A stretch of DNA of 63,930 bases, filler included. It is 8 parts of 8 records of this genome, joined end to end, with 100 filler letters (N's around TTAATTAATTAA, not from the genome) between each part and the next. Parts side by side here need not be neighbours in the genome. Positions count along the whole stretch, not along the records: positions 31,330 to 42,854 come from SRR31156797_25668; positions 42,955 to 50,573 come from SRR31156797_25670; 6 more parts are not named here. One strand, 5' to 3'. A program made the translations under genes and the position numbers. The notes beneath the pieces were generated by a model, which searched no databases, was not told where the DNA came from, and saw only the letters and a program-made list of their open reading frames with translations. Below are positions 39,613-50,462 of the stretch, piece by piece; the stretch's first letter is position 1; each line of letters starts with the position of its first letter.

Positions 39613-40734
39613 TTATTTATTAAAAAATTCTATCAATTTAGCTGCATTTTTTTCTGCATTTTTTTCTTTTAAGTATTCTTCTACTCCAGATCTAAGTTTA
39701 GGAATTATCTCTGAATTATTAAAAATATATCTAATTCTTTCTGCACATTTATCAGGATTGTCCCAATCTGCAAAATAGCCGGTTTCTCCTTCTTTTAGAT
39801 ATTCCTGAGTAGTATTATAATCGTTGATCAAAATTGGAATTCTATGAGCAAAATAATCTACCAATTTTAACGGATATATCAACTCTCGATTAAAGAACAT
39901 ATTATTAAGCGGAATTAAGCCAAGCTTCACATCCTTCAATCTTTCATTTAAAGTTTTTTTATCTACCCAGCCAGTTATTTCAACTCTGTTTTCTAATTTC
40001 TTTTCACTAATAATCTTTTGAAATTTTTCAATTTCTTCTTTGTTTTTCCCTCCAAAAATTATTAACTTAAAGTTATCATCTAATTTTTCCATTAAGTATA
40101 TAATCTTTTTTATACCTTTTCTCTCATCGATAGAACCAATATAAGCCATTATATTTTCAGAATTATCTCTACTTTTAAAATTATCAATAACACCACAATG
40201 ACTTGCTAATATTGGTATTGATAAATATTTACTATATACTCTGGCCTGAGATTCACTGACACAAACAAGACCATTCATTTTTTTCAAAAATATTTTCTCA
40301 ACTAAAGATTGTTTTAATCTGGTTCTTTTTTTTATATCATTTCTATGTTTTAAATCAATAAAAAAGTCATGAGTTTCAAAAAATATTTTTGCTTTAACTT
40401 TTTTACTAAAAGAATAAAGATAAGGCAATACTCCTATCGCTCTTGTATAGAGTATATCCCCTTCTCTATATTCTTTTTTCAAAATCTCTTTTGCTCTCTT
40501 GAAAAAAACAATATTTTTTTGCTCTTTTATTCTAAATATTTTAAGTCCTTCAGGTATTCTGTCTAAATAAAATTTATTTTTTAGAATTTCCTCTGTTTCT
40601 CTATCACTACTTTTTTTTATTATCAGAATAACTTCAACATTATTTTTAACTAAACCTCTTACTCTATTTAAGACAAAAGTACTAGAAGGACTATTCCCCT
40701 CTAAATCTCCTGTATGAACATAAAATATTTTCAT
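39613..40734 (-). CDS. GT4-like glycosyltransferase
   Basis: YIGSIDERKG and PLKLVDYFA GT-B motifs. Confidence 0.82.
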   Translation of the reverse strand: MKIFYVHTGDLEGNSPSSTFVLNRVRGLVKNNVEVILIIKKSSDRETEEILKNKFYLDRIPEGLKIFRIKEQKNIVFFKRAKEILKKEYREGDILYTRAIGVLPYLYSFSKKVKAKIFFETHDFFIDLKHRNDIKKRTRLKQSLVEKIFLKKMNGLVCVSESQARVYSKYLSIPILASHCGVIDNFKSRDNSENIMAYIGSIDERKGIKKIIYLMEKLDDNFKLIIFGGKNKEEIEKFQKIISEKKLENRVEITGWVDKKTLNERLKDVKLGLIPLNNMFFNRELIYPLKLVDYFAHRIPILINDYNTTQEYLKEGETGYFADWDNPDKCAERIRYIFNNSEIIPKLRSGVEEYLKEKNAEKNAAKLIEFFNK

Positions 40735-40744
40735 AATAATTCTC

Positions 40745-41647
40745 CTAGTCAATAAATTTAAGAGCTGAATCTATTACCGTTTCAACTTTTATATTACTTA
40801 ATTCCCCTTCATCCGGTCGAAGAATAATAGCTTTTTCTGTTCTATAAGCCCATTCATCTACATTTTTATCATTTTCAAACCTTCTAAATAAAATTACCCT
40901 ATTTGTATCATAAAGGTGAGAATAATGACTTGGTCCACAATCATTTCCTATCACAAGTTTTGATCTTCTGATCGCATCTTCAACTTCAAGTAAAGTTTTA
41001 TTATAATAATAATCAAATTTACCTTCCATTAACGCCTTCTCTTCAGTCATCTCTTTTCCTAAAAGAAACTTAACTTTTTCCCCACGATTTTTTAAGAATT
41101 CTGCAATTTGAAAATATTTTTCCAAAGGGTATCTCTTATTCTCTCTTCTTCCACCAATTATGAAGATTATTTCTCCATTACTTTCTGTAATTTTAACTTC
41201 TTCTGCAAAATCATTTAAGCTATGATCTGCTAAGTTAGAAAAAATTTCTGCTATATATTTTTTTTCAACTAATCTCATTTTATAATAATTATACTTCCCC
41301 TTATAAGCAGGTGATTTATCATTTGAAAATTCTATAAAATTATTCGTTAATAAACTTGAAAGCCACTTTAAAGCAACTGTTCTTCTTCTATGGTTATAAA
41401 CTTTTATTATATCTTTTTTCATTTTAAGGATTTCAAATGAAATTTTTAATAACTCTTTATTAGAATTATAAGAGTAAACTCTATCAGCTAATTTTTTGTC
41501 TTTAATTATTTTCATAGCCTTTTGTGGACCGATAGCAACTATTTCACAGTCAGGGTTATCCTTTTTAATAAAATGAAAAAAAGGTATCTTTGCTATTTGT
41601 TTTCCAATAAAATGTTTTGTTTCTACAAAAACTAAGATTTTTTTCAC
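40745..41647 (-). CDS. GT9-like glycosyltransferase
   Basis: GGRRENKRYP and GNDCGPSHYS motifs. Confidence 0.75.
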   Translation of the reverse strand: MKKILVFVETKHFIGKQIAKIPFFHFIKKDNPDCEIVAIGPQKAMKIIKDKKLADRVYSYNSNKELLKISFEILKMKKDIIKVYNHRRRTVALKWLSSLLTNNFIEFSNDKSPAYKGKYNYYKMRLVEKKYIAEIFSNLADHSLNDFAEEVKITESNGEIIFIIGGRRENKRYPLEKYFQIAEFLKNRGEKVKFLLGKEMTEEKALMEGKFDYYYNKTLLEVEDAIRRSKLVIGNDCGPSHYSHLYDTNRVILFRRFENDKNVDEWAYRTEKAIILRPDEGELSNIKVETVIDSALKFID

Positions 41648-41680
41648 GCTTCATTCTCCTTCTAACATTAAGTTCTTTTA

Positions 41681-42853
41681 TTAATCCAACTTCAGAACTT
41701 GCTTAAAATTCTTTTTTGCATTTTTCTTAAATATTTTTTCCTGCTCAACTATATCTAATTTAGATAATTTCATTGAATCTATAAGAGATGATAATTCCTC
41801 TACTGTCTCAAACCATATACCAAACTCATCATTAATTTCTCTTTTAGAAAAACTATTTTTTAAAACATATATATTCTTTTCACCAATACCAATTGCTTCA
41901 TATAATACTGTTGAAAAACACCCGATAACATGCTTTGATTGAGATATCGATTCATAAACATTTTTCTCTTTATCTATTTTTATTTCATTAGTTTCTAATT
42001 CATTTCTATGTTCTAAAGATAAGTCCTTAACAGGATGAAATCTAAAAATGATTTTATATTCACTTTTTATTTTCTTTAATTTTATCGTCAAGTCTATCAT
42101 GTTTTGCCTAATTTCCGGTTGTGATATAATTAAAATTCTTTTTTCATCTTCAGTTATATTTTTTTTCTTTAATTCTTCAATTTGATTCTCATAAAACGGA
42201 TTACCTATACTTATTTTTTCTACATCCATTTTAATATTACTATTCCAATAATCGCCGTAAGTTAAAATACTATCTACAAAATACGGTTTTAATTTTTTTG
42301 ACACAGAATCAGAAAAAAGGTAAGGAGCTTTCTCCTTCCCTATTATACAGTGCTGTATTTCAATCGTTCTTATTCCAAACTTTTTTGCCCATTTTACTAT
42401 ATAACTTTTTTCAATAAAACCTCTTGTAAAAAAAAGTGTTTCAACTTTCGTATTTTTAAATAACTTAAAAAATAAGGTTTTATAAATAAAAAGTTCTTTT
42501 GAAAGTCTTTTTAAATTTTTTCTTATTTTATTTTCCAAATTTGAATTTAATTCAAAATATTTTTTTATTTCAATTATAAAGTCATCTATATTTTTTTTAT
42601 CCTGAGAATTAACTCTTTTTAGTTTTGATATTTTATTCGCTATATCACTTATATTATTAAAAATAGCAATACTGTTATAATCTCTTTTTAATTTTTGACC
42701 ATATCGTATTCTTTCTAAAACTAAAAAATCTTTTTCAGAAATTTCTGAAAGGTAGTAATCTATCATTCTATTAAAAAATTTATCATTTTCATTTTCTTTT
42801 TGCATAGAATAAATTTCATCACTTATAAAAATATTTCTTTTGTTTTTATAAAA
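41681..42853 (-). CDS. Polysaccharide biosynthesis GT-B-like protein (5'-truncated)
   Basis: EIQH, ISQP, RFHP and FSTVLYEA motifs; frame open to the contig edge. Confidence 0.65.
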   Translation of the reverse strand, partial: FYKNKRNIFISDEIYSMQKENENDKFFNRMIDYYLSEISEKDFLVLERIRYGQKLKRDYNSIAIFNNISDIANKISKLKRVNSQDKKNIDDFIIEIKKYFELNSNLENKIRKNLKRLSKELFIYKTLFFKLFKNTKVETLFFTRGFIEKSYIVKWAKKFGIRTIEIQHCIIGKEKAPYLFSDSVSKKLKPYFVDSILTYGDYWNSNIKMDVEKISIGNPFYENQIEELKKKNITEDEKRILIISQPEIRQNMIDLTIKLKKIKSEYKIIFRFHPVKDLSLEHRNELETNEIKIDKEKNVYESISQSKHVIGCFSTVLYEAIGIGEKNIYVLKNSFSKREINDEFGIWFETVEELSSLIDSMKLSKLDIVEQEKIFKKNAKKNFKQVLKLD

Positions 42854-42954
42854 ANNNNNNNNNNNNNNNNNNNNNNNNNNNNNNNNNNNNNNNNNNNNTT
42901 AATTAATTAANNNNNNNNNNNNNNNNNNNNNNNNNNNNNNNNNNNNNNNNNNNN

Positions 42955-43146
42955 CCAACCGGCACATTTCCAAAAACAAACCTCACAATACGTTGGGAAG
43001 CGATTGAGTTTCCTGAAGGGCTTTTTCTTATCGGTTAGTTCATCCAGTGGTGAGGAACTCCGGCCGAAGGAAAGCATGCTGCCAGCCAATGTGGCTCCTG
43101 CTGTTCCCAGTGCCGATATTTTAATGAAGTCTCTCCTGGTTTTCAT
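42955..43146 (-). CDS. Tat-exported molybdopterin oxidoreductase catalytic subunit, N-terminus (PsrA/PhsA-like, 3'-truncated)
   Basis: TRRDFIK twin-arginine signal and TYCEVCFWKC Fe-S motif. Confidence 0.75.
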
Positions 43147-43407
43147 GAATTAGTTATATGTAAATATCTATATGTATTCTCAACTGCAAAATTAGATTTT
43201 TACAACCAACTGTTTATTAATTAACAATGATACTGGCTCAGGTAAAAAAATGGATTCGGTCAGTTTTTTTGTTGATGTGGAGGTGGGGAAATTGGGTGGT
43301 GCATAAATGCCCTGAATTTTTTCTTTTATTTGGAACGTTAGAAATCAGGTGGCATAATCTGGTTGATTTTATTTTAGGTTAAATTTTTACTGATTTGAGC
43401 AAAAAAG

Positions 43408-43441
43408 AAAACGGCTAACCATTTTATTGGTAAGCCGTTTT
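43408..43441 (-). terminator. Intrinsic terminator after the PPIase gene
   Basis: AAAACGGCT...AGCCGTTTT hairpin. Confidence 0.65.
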
Positions 43442-43462
43442 GCAAGTGGTATTTAGTTTCAA

Positions 43463-43897
43463 TTATTCTTCAATGGTAACCTGCTCCATTTTGTCACCCA
43501 TTTTGATCTTATCGATGATATCAACACCTTCCACAACTTTTCCGAAACAGGTATGATTTCTGTCGAGATGTGCAGTATTGGTGCGGCTGTGGCAGATAAA
43601 AAACTGCGATCCGCCAGTGTTTCTTCCGGCATGAGCCATCGAAAGTACACCACGATCATGATATTGATTGTCGCCATCCAGTTCACAATCAATAGAATAA
43701 CCAGGCCCACCGGCTCCGGTGCCGTCCGGGCATCCACCCTGCACCACAAAATCAGGGATTACACGGTGAAAGGTCAATCCGTCGTAATATCCTTTTTTGG
43801 CGAGTTTGGTAAAATTGGCCACAGTGTTTGGTGCATCGTCGTCGTAAAACTCAATCTTCATCACACCATATTGAGTTTTGATTTCTCCTTTTGTCAT
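43463..43897 (-). CDS. Cyclophilin-type peptidyl-prolyl isomerase
   Basis: FHRVIPDFVVQGG and SMAHAGRNTGGSQFFI motifs. Confidence 0.95.
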   Translation of the reverse strand: MTKGEIKTQYGVMKIEFYDDDAPNTVANFTKLAKKGYYDGLTFHRVIPDFVVQGGCPDGTGAGGPGYSIDCELDGDNQYHDRGVLSMAHAGRNTGGSQFFICHSRTNTAHLDRNHTCFGKVVEGVDIIDKIKMGDKMEQVTIEE

Positions 43898-44006
43898 CAG
43901 TGTTGGTTTTGATTAGTATTTCAAATGAGGTGCAAAGATAAAATTTGACAGTCAGAATCGAATAAAAGTTTTTCAGGATGGGAGAGCAATAATATCCGGC
44001 TATTAT

Positions 44007-44870
44007 TTATTTCACATCAATTACCGGGGTTGCTCCGCTGTAAGTACATACTTTTGCAGAATATTCGACGGCTTCTTTATGGAGTTTTTCGAGTGGCTTA
44101 TTATGAAGAATTCCCATAACCATGACAGCGGTAAATGAATCACCGGCACCAATGGTATCCACAACTTTAACTTTTGGCACCTTCTGGAAAGATTCCTCAC
44201 TTTTGGTAAACAACCAACTACCTTCCGATCCCATCGTTAGTGCAACCAAATTCAAATTGAATTTTTTCATCAGGGAATGGCATTTTTCTTTATCCGTACC
44301 TGATAATCCAAACATGCTGCTAATGATTTCCAGTTCGTCATCGTTTAGCTTTAGCACATTGGCCAGGCTCATGGATTCTTCCAGCAAGGCCTTGTTATAG
44401 TAATGCTGCCGCAGGTTGATGTCAAAAACTTTCAGGGCCTTTTCGGGTGCGAGATACAGTGCCTCAATAATTGTTTTATGAGAGGTTTCCGATCGCTGTG
44501 CCAGGCTGCCAAAACAGATGGCATCAGTTATTTTGATCCAGTTGACAGCCTCATTGTTCAAATTGATATGATCCCACGCCACATTTTCCTGAATGGTGTA
44601 GGTGGGCATTCCTTTTTCCAGTTTTACAGAAACAAACCCTGTAGGAAAATCAGGGTAATTCAGTATTGGTTTAAGACTTTTTCCTGCCAGGACTGATTTT
44701 ATTTCGTCTCCATAGTCATCCTTTCCAATTGCACTTATAATTGCAGCTTCCGCTCCAAGGTTTTGTGTATGGTAGCAAAAGTTTCCGGGTGCACCACCCA
44801 ACTGTTTGCCATCAGGAAGCATATCCCACAAAACTTCACCAATTCCTGTTATCCTGAATTTTTTCATCAT
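44007..44870 (-). CDS. PfkB-family carbohydrate kinase, probably fructokinase
   Basis: GGAPGN, FDINLR and DTIGAGDSF motifs; lies in the sucrose locus. Confidence 0.88.
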   Translation of the reverse strand: MMKKFRITGIGEVLWDMLPDGKQLGGAPGNFCYHTQNLGAEAAIISAIGKDDYGDEIKSVLAGKSLKPILNYPDFPTGFVSVKLEKGMPTYTIQENVAWDHINLNNEAVNWIKITDAICFGSLAQRSETSHKTIIEALYLAPEKALKVFDINLRQHYYNKALLEESMSLANVLKLNDDELEIISSMFGLSGTDKEKCHSLMKKFNLNLVALTMGSEGSWLFTKSEESFQKVPKVKVVDTIGAGDSFTAVMVMGILHNKPLEKLHKEAVEYSAKVCTYSGATPVIDVK

Positions 44871-44878
44871 TATTAAAT

Positions 44879-46111
44879 TTACTGTTGATATTCCGATTTG
44901 TTGAGCTGTTGGAGATGTTTTTCGGTAGGTTTAAATATGTAGTTAAGGATGAATCCTGCCAACAAAATTCCTGCAAAAATGGTTGCCAGCATAAAGCCGT
45001 AAATGGCATCGGAGCCAAACATATCGCTCACAATGCCCATGGCCAGCGGGCCTATTGCAGCTCCGGCAGCCGTAAAAAACAGGATGATTCCGGCTATAGA
45101 GCCATGCTGTTGCTTGGGGAAACAACTGATTCCTTTGGAGTTGATGGTTGGATAAATCACCGACATAAAAAGTCCGGTTACCGGAAGCAGGAATACTGTG
45201 GCATCCGGGAAAATCATGCTTCCAAGGAAACAGCTGAAGATAACCAGTCCGGCAATGGTAAGCACCATGTCCCAGCGCAATACAGCCATCATCCAAACGC
45301 CCAAAAAGCGGCCGGCAGCGCGCAAAATGAAAAAGATGGGCAGAGCATAGGTGGCTATAAAAATCAGTGAGCCATCATAATCCTTTAGCAGCGTGGGCAT
45401 CCAAACGTAAATGGCTGCCTCAACGGTAACATAAAAAAATGCAGCGAGCGAAAACCCCAGTGCAAACCGGTCTTTTACCATTTTTAGGGTGCGCCCAACA
45501 TTGATCGGCTCTTCAGCGGTTTTTTTTGATTTTGGATATTTTACTGCCAAAGCAATAATAATGAGAACCACACAAATGATTGCGGCAATTACATAGAGCA
45601 TTTTCCATTGCACATTTTGTTCCAGCAGGTAGCTTACCAGGAAAGGCCCGATGATAGCACCAACGCCAAAAAATCCCTCTACGGCATTCATGGTGGAGGT
45701 GTGCTCACGATTAGAGCGCGAAATATCTCCAATGAGTGCAAGGGCTCCGGTACGGAAAACACCAATTGCGGCTCCGGAAATTACCAACAGGCTCAGGAAA
45801 AACGCAAATGAATGTCCGGCGAGAAATAAAAAAGAGCTGAAGGCAAAAAATGCCAGGCCCAGTATGATGGTGTTTTTGCGCCCAAGTTTATCGGCCAGAA
45901 AGCCAAGAAAAATCCCCGCCAGGGCCATGGCAGTCATGGGGCCGTAGTGGAAAAATCCGGCCTGGGTCATGGTCAGGTTAAATTCCTCGATGATTTCCGG
46001 AATGATAACCCCAACGGCATCGGTGGTCATCGCAAACATCATAAACATGATGAATGTGAGCGACTTGATTAATACTGAATTGGAACCGGATGATGTATCT
46101 AATGCTGTCAT
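44879..46111 (-). CDS. MFS sugar transporter (FucP-like)
   Basis: About 12 TMs; GFLADKLGRK and YPTI motifs. Confidence 0.88.
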   Translation of the reverse strand: MTALDTSSGSNSVLIKSLTFIMFMMFAMTTDAVGVIIPEIIEEFNLTMTQAGFFHYGPMTAMALAGIFLGFLADKLGRKNTIILGLAFFAFSSFLFLAGHSFAFFLSLLVISGAAIGVFRTGALALIGDISRSNREHTSTMNAVEGFFGVGAIIGPFLVSYLLEQNVQWKMLYVIAAIICVVLIIIALAVKYPKSKKTAEEPINVGRTLKMVKDRFALGFSLAAFFYVTVEAAIYVWMPTLLKDYDGSLIFIATYALPIFFILRAAGRFLGVWMMAVLRWDMVLTIAGLVIFSCFLGSMIFPDATVFLLPVTGLFMSVIYPTINSKGISCFPKQQHGSIAGIILFFTAAGAAIGPLAMGIVSDMFGSDAIYGFMLATIFAGILLAGFILNYIFKPTEKHLQQLNKSEYQQ

Positions 46112-46136
46112 TTATTTAGTTTTAAACAATAATTTA

Positions 46137-47600
46137 TTATAAGTCAAGCGTTACTTTTTCTTTTCCGTCCAGTGGGCTGAAGTTGATTTTTAGATCCATG
46201 TTGTTTAGATCGGTTTCAAGTTTAGCCCAATCATTCCCGTTTGTCCACTTAATTTCGATATCGTTATCATTGATCATTTTTATGGAAAATTCACCACCGA
46301 AGGCAGGATGATTGTTTCTGAAGCGGATAAGGTCGATTAATTTTTGAACCACAGGTCGCTGTAATTCTTTAAGCAATTCTTCCTTGTTGTAATATTTTCT
46401 GTTGATGTCGCGGCCAACACGTGTTTTGGCGAGCAGTTCCATGTCATTTTTTCCGGCAAGGAAACCTGCGTAATAAACCTGTGGAATGCCCGGGGCAAAA
46501 AATTGAAGTGCCCTGGCCATCAGGTATTTTTTATCATCGCTACCTAAGGCATCGTAATAGGTGCAGTTAACCTGGTAAAGGTCGAGGTTGGAGGCTGCAG
46601 CACCTGTAGCTTTCAGGCTGTCGCCCTTGCTATTTTCGTGAATTTGATTTACGATAGCATCTAACCTGTTATCCTCAATCAAACCTGGTTTGCCGTTTTC
46701 GGAAGCCACATCCACCACCCCAATGCCATCATGTGTGTCGAGCACCGTGAATGCATTGCGCGGGCTGATCTCCAGCCACTTTTGCAGGTTGGAAGCATCT
46801 CGATTGAAAAGCGTGTCCATCACCAAAACGGGCAATGCAAAATCATAAACATAATCTACTTTTTTAGCAATTTCAATTTGTGTTTGATAAAACGAATGGA
46901 TTTCTACCAGAACAGTTATGTTGAGCTTTCGTGCTTTCCGGGTAAGCTGATCGATAAAATCGAAGGTTTTTGGTATCATAAAACACGAAGTTCCCCGCTC
47001 TTTGATGGCATATCCGGCAGCATCCAGCCTTATCATATTAATGCCCGAATTTTTGAACACATTCAGGATATCGTTCAGGTATGTTTTGCCGAGATCACTG
47101 TTTACATCTATATCAATTTGATTGGCCGTAAAGGTTGTCCATATTAGTTTTGCAGAACCGTCTTTCAGGCTAAATGTGGTAAAAGGCAAACCCGGTCGCG
47201 GCCGGTAAATACCCAGCAACTCATCTTCGTGTGCACCATCGGGAAAAACTTTTGCATAATTTAAAAACAAACCGGCAAATGCTGATTTTTCTCCTTTTTC
47301 CAGATAATCTTTAAACATGGATGATTTTGCCGAAACATGGTTCACAATCAGGTCGGCCATTACATCCACCTCTTTACTAAGCTTTTCAACATCAGTCCAG
47401 TCTCCCAGCCGGGGATCAACAAGCTGGTGGTCGATTGGGTCGAAACCGGCATCTTCGCCATCAATGGGATAAAAAAACGGCAGCAGATGCACCCCGCCAA
47501 ATACGTCTCTGAGTTCGTTTTGAAACAGACTGGTGAGCTCTTTAAGGTTCTGGCTACCAAACCTGTTGATGTATGTTATAAGCTGTACTTTGTTTTTCAT
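46137..47600 (-). CDS. gtfA: Sucrose phosphorylase (GH13_18)
   Basis: RLDAAGY, VEIH and THDGIG catalytic motifs; specificity loops YRPRP and NLDLYQ. Confidence 0.9.
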   Translation of the reverse strand: MKNKVQLITYINRFGSQNLKELTSLFQNELRDVFGGVHLLPFFYPIDGEDAGFDPIDHQLVDPRLGDWTDVEKLSKEVDVMADLIVNHVSAKSSMFKDYLEKGEKSAFAGLFLNYAKVFPDGAHEDELLGIYRPRPGLPFTTFSLKDGSAKLIWTTFTANQIDIDVNSDLGKTYLNDILNVFKNSGINMIRLDAAGYAIKERGTSCFMIPKTFDFIDQLTRKARKLNITVLVEIHSFYQTQIEIAKKVDYVYDFALPVLVMDTLFNRDASNLQKWLEISPRNAFTVLDTHDGIGVVDVASENGKPGLIEDNRLDAIVNQIHENSKGDSLKATGAAASNLDLYQVNCTYYDALGSDDKKYLMARALQFFAPGIPQVYYAGFLAGKNDMELLAKTRVGRDINRKYYNKEELLKELQRPVVQKLIDLIRFRNNHPAFGGEFSIKMINDNDIEIKWTNGNDWAKLETDLNNMDLKINFSPLDGKEKVTLDL

Positions 47601-47683
47601 AATGCGAAGATATTTGAAAAAAAGAAGGGGAAGGAAGTACGCAATGACCTGCCTTCCCCATTATTGAAAAAATTTACACGGTT

Positions 47684-50353
47684 CTAAAATGTGAGGGTTA
47701 ATGTGGCTGTTGTGGCACGGCCTGTAATCGGTCGGGCTCTCATGTAGTTAACGCCGGTAGGGTCATAGGCATCGCCTTCCATTTCGGTAAAGCCAAGTGT
47801 GTTGGTCAGGTTGTTGGAGTTGAGCCTGATGTTCAGGTTTGGAAGGATGTTATATCCAATAAACGCATTCATGTAGAGGAATCCCGGAATAACAATTGCG
47901 TTGTCGTCCTGTGCATAAACTTTTGTTGTACCTACTAAGCTCAGGCCAACATTGGCTCTTCCACCGGCAAAAGAATAGGTAGGGTTTATGTTGTACATCA
48001 GGTCAGGTACCCTGCGCGGAGTATTGCCTTCTTCATCAGGGTTTATACTTTTCTTGATTTCGGCTTTAGTATAGGTAGCACCTGCCAAAATGTTGAAGTT
48101 TTTGAAATTGGCATTGGCTTCAAGTTCGATACCATAAGTATTGAAGTCTTTTTGAATTACCTTTCCAAATTCTTCGTTTTGTTCTGAAATATCTGTGTAG
48201 AATGCAGTAGCAATTACACTATACTTATTTGATCTGTATTTGAATCCTACTTCAGCCTGGCTGATTTCATCAGCACTCAGGCCATCAATTGTTTTGCCTT
48301 CATCTGTAATAAATGATGAGTAAAGGAGCCTGTCAGCATTTGCACGACCTCCTTTGCTGTAGCGGGCATAAACTGCTTTTTGCTTATCGAGTTTGTAGTT
48401 GGCACCCAATGAGTAGGATACATAGTCGAAGTTGTAGTTTATGGGTTGAGGGTTGGCATTGTCGAGCATGGTAACGTTTTCTTCTACCGGGCTGATAATT
48501 CCATCGCCGTCAACATCAGCAGGAGCTGTGAAATTGTTTTTGTAACTACCTATGGCACGTCCAAAGTCATAGCGTACACTGGCATCGATAACCAGGTCTT
48601 CGTTAACGTCAAATTCCACATTGGCATAAGGTGCATCTATCGAATAAGCCATATCGTAACCACGGGTGCAACAGTTACCCCAGAAAGGCTGTCCGTAAGC
48701 TGTTAAACCATTCTCAGAGTAAAATGAACTATCTGCACTGGCGATATTCATCAGGCGTGGGCCGTCTTCGCCGTTTACATCGGTAAGATATGATTGCCAG
48801 AGCCAGTTCATGGATATTTTTTGGTAGGCTTTATAATAACCTGCGGTTAATTTTACGTTTCCAAGATCTTTGGTTAAGAAAATATCGTTGGTGAAATTGT
48901 TGAGGTTATCCATTTCAACATCAAAAGTGTGAATACGCATTAAAAGTCCGTTACCGTTAAGGTTGTTAATTTCAGATGGAGACAGTGGAGCGCCTGAGTT
49001 AGCTCCGTTGGCATAACTAAGTGTATAGCCTGCGCCGGCAATATCTGTGGCAATAGCATCGGCAGCAGCTACCTGTGCCGGGAAAGGTGAATTAAATGTA
49101 CCATTGATCAGTGCAAGCCTTGCACGTTGTTTGATGCGCCATCCGTCGCCCAGTTCAAAATTAAATTCAGTACCTACAGCAGCAACTTCAGGATGCATGC
49201 CGTCAGAAATGTTTGATGTTCGGCGGTTACCGTTTCCATCAACGCCATTAAGTTCCAGAAATCCGGGGCTTTGCAGGGTATATTTGGTCAGGTCGAAACC
49301 TTCGATAGATTCGAAAGTTGGGTCATCAGCACTGCCTGTTACTTTTACCGGCATTGGCAGGTAGCTGATAGATTTGTCGTTGAGATACTTAAAATATACA
49401 CGTGCATAACCTTTGTCGAATTGCTTGGTAAGGTTTGCTTTTATCTGGCCACCCCTGTTGGCAGTATATCCCGGGTCTCTAGGGCCATCACCTTGTCTGA
49501 AAAATCCACCAACATGAAACCTGACACCATTTCCAATGGGGGCGCCATATTCAAAATCAGTGCGAAGCGAACGGTAGTCAAGGCCTAAGGTTGTGGCAAT
49601 GGTACCACCTTCAACTGTTCCGGTTTTGCTTATAAAGTTGATGATACCTGCCGGCGAGTTACTGGCAAGTGTTGATGCTGATCCGCCTTTTAGTGCTTCG
49701 ATACGAGCCACATTCAAATCTGACCGCATAAAAATGTCGGCATTACCAAATGAGATATCACCAAATTGTAAAACCGGCAAGCCATCTTCATGCAACTGCA
49801 AGAATTTGGAACCACCTGATGCAACCGGAACACCACGAACAGCAATATTGGCATTACCTTCACCACCGGAAGCTTCAACACGGATGCCGGGAATGGTTTT
49901 GAAAATCTCAGCAGTGGTTTGTGCACCAAATTCCTGGATAAATTTTGGCTTAAGGGAGGTGAGAGCTACACTGGATTCGATGGCTGATTTTTGGTTTACC
50001 ACACCGGTTACCACAACCTCATCAAGACCCAGCGCATCTGCCTCCAATTGAAAATCAAGGGTGAGCGTTTCACCGGATTTTATGGTAATTTCTTTTTCCA
50101 CTGATGTATAGCCTACAAATGATGCAACGATCACCTGTGTGCCGGGCTCAATGTTTGGCAGGGTGTAATTACCATCAATGTCGGTTACTGTTCCCACAAC
50201 AGTTCCTTTCACCAGGATGGTTGTCCCAATAAGTGTTTCATTGTTATCGGCATCTGTAACAGTGCCCTTTAATGTCCCTGTGGTTTGCGAAAAAGCAACT
50301 CCGGAGAGGAAAAATGTTGCGATAAACGCCAGAAGTAAATTTAATTTTCTCAT
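47684..50353 (-). CDS. TonB-dependent receptor (sugar uptake)
   Basis: Signal peptide, N-terminal CarboxypepD-reg-like domain, LDEVVVTG, plug RIEALKGG and C-terminal Phe. Confidence 0.92.
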   Translation of the reverse strand: MRKLNLLLAFIATFFLSGVAFSQTTGTLKGTVTDADNNETLIGTTILVKGTVVGTVTDIDGNYTLPNIEPGTQVIVASFVGYTSVEKEITIKSGETLTLDFQLEADALGLDEVVVTGVVNQKSAIESSVALTSLKPKFIQEFGAQTTAEIFKTIPGIRVEASGGEGNANIAVRGVPVASGGSKFLQLHEDGLPVLQFGDISFGNADIFMRSDLNVARIEALKGGSASTLASNSPAGIINFISKTGTVEGGTIATTLGLDYRSLRTDFEYGAPIGNGVRFHVGGFFRQGDGPRDPGYTANRGGQIKANLTKQFDKGYARVYFKYLNDKSISYLPMPVKVTGSADDPTFESIEGFDLTKYTLQSPGFLELNGVDGNGNRRTSNISDGMHPEVAAVGTEFNFELGDGWRIKQRARLALINGTFNSPFPAQVAAADAIATDIAGAGYTLSYANGANSGAPLSPSEINNLNGNGLLMRIHTFDVEMDNLNNFTNDIFLTKDLGNVKLTAGYYKAYQKISMNWLWQSYLTDVNGEDGPRLMNIASADSSFYSENGLTAYGQPFWGNCCTRGYDMAYSIDAPYANVEFDVNEDLVIDASVRYDFGRAIGSYKNNFTAPADVDGDGIISPVEENVTMLDNANPQPINYNFDYVSYSLGANYKLDKQKAVYARYSKGGRANADRLLYSSFITDEGKTIDGLSADEISQAEVGFKYRSNKYSVIATAFYTDISEQNEEFGKVIQKDFNTYGIELEANANFKNFNILAGATYTKAEIKKSINPDEEGNTPRRVPDLMYNINPTYSFAGGRANVGLSLVGTTKVYAQDDNAIVIPGFLYMNAFIGYNILPNLNIRLNSNNLTNTLGFTEMEGDAYDPTGVNYMRARPITGRATTATLTLTF

Positions 50354-50399
50354 GTCTGTAAGTTTTAATTTGATAAAAATGTTAGTTGAATTCCGCTTG

Positions 50400-50407
50400 C
50401 AAATCTA
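50400..50407 (-). promoter_or_regulatory. Bacteroidota -7 promoter element (TAnnTTTG)
   Basis: TAGATTTG on the minus strand upstream of the TBDR. Similar elements: TATCTTTG at 43933-43940 and TAATTTTG at 43187-43194. Confidence 0.6.
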
Positions 50408-50462
50408 TGTTAAGAAATTCTTAATTCGACATGCTTATCCACTGTAAACCAGTACTTTTTAT

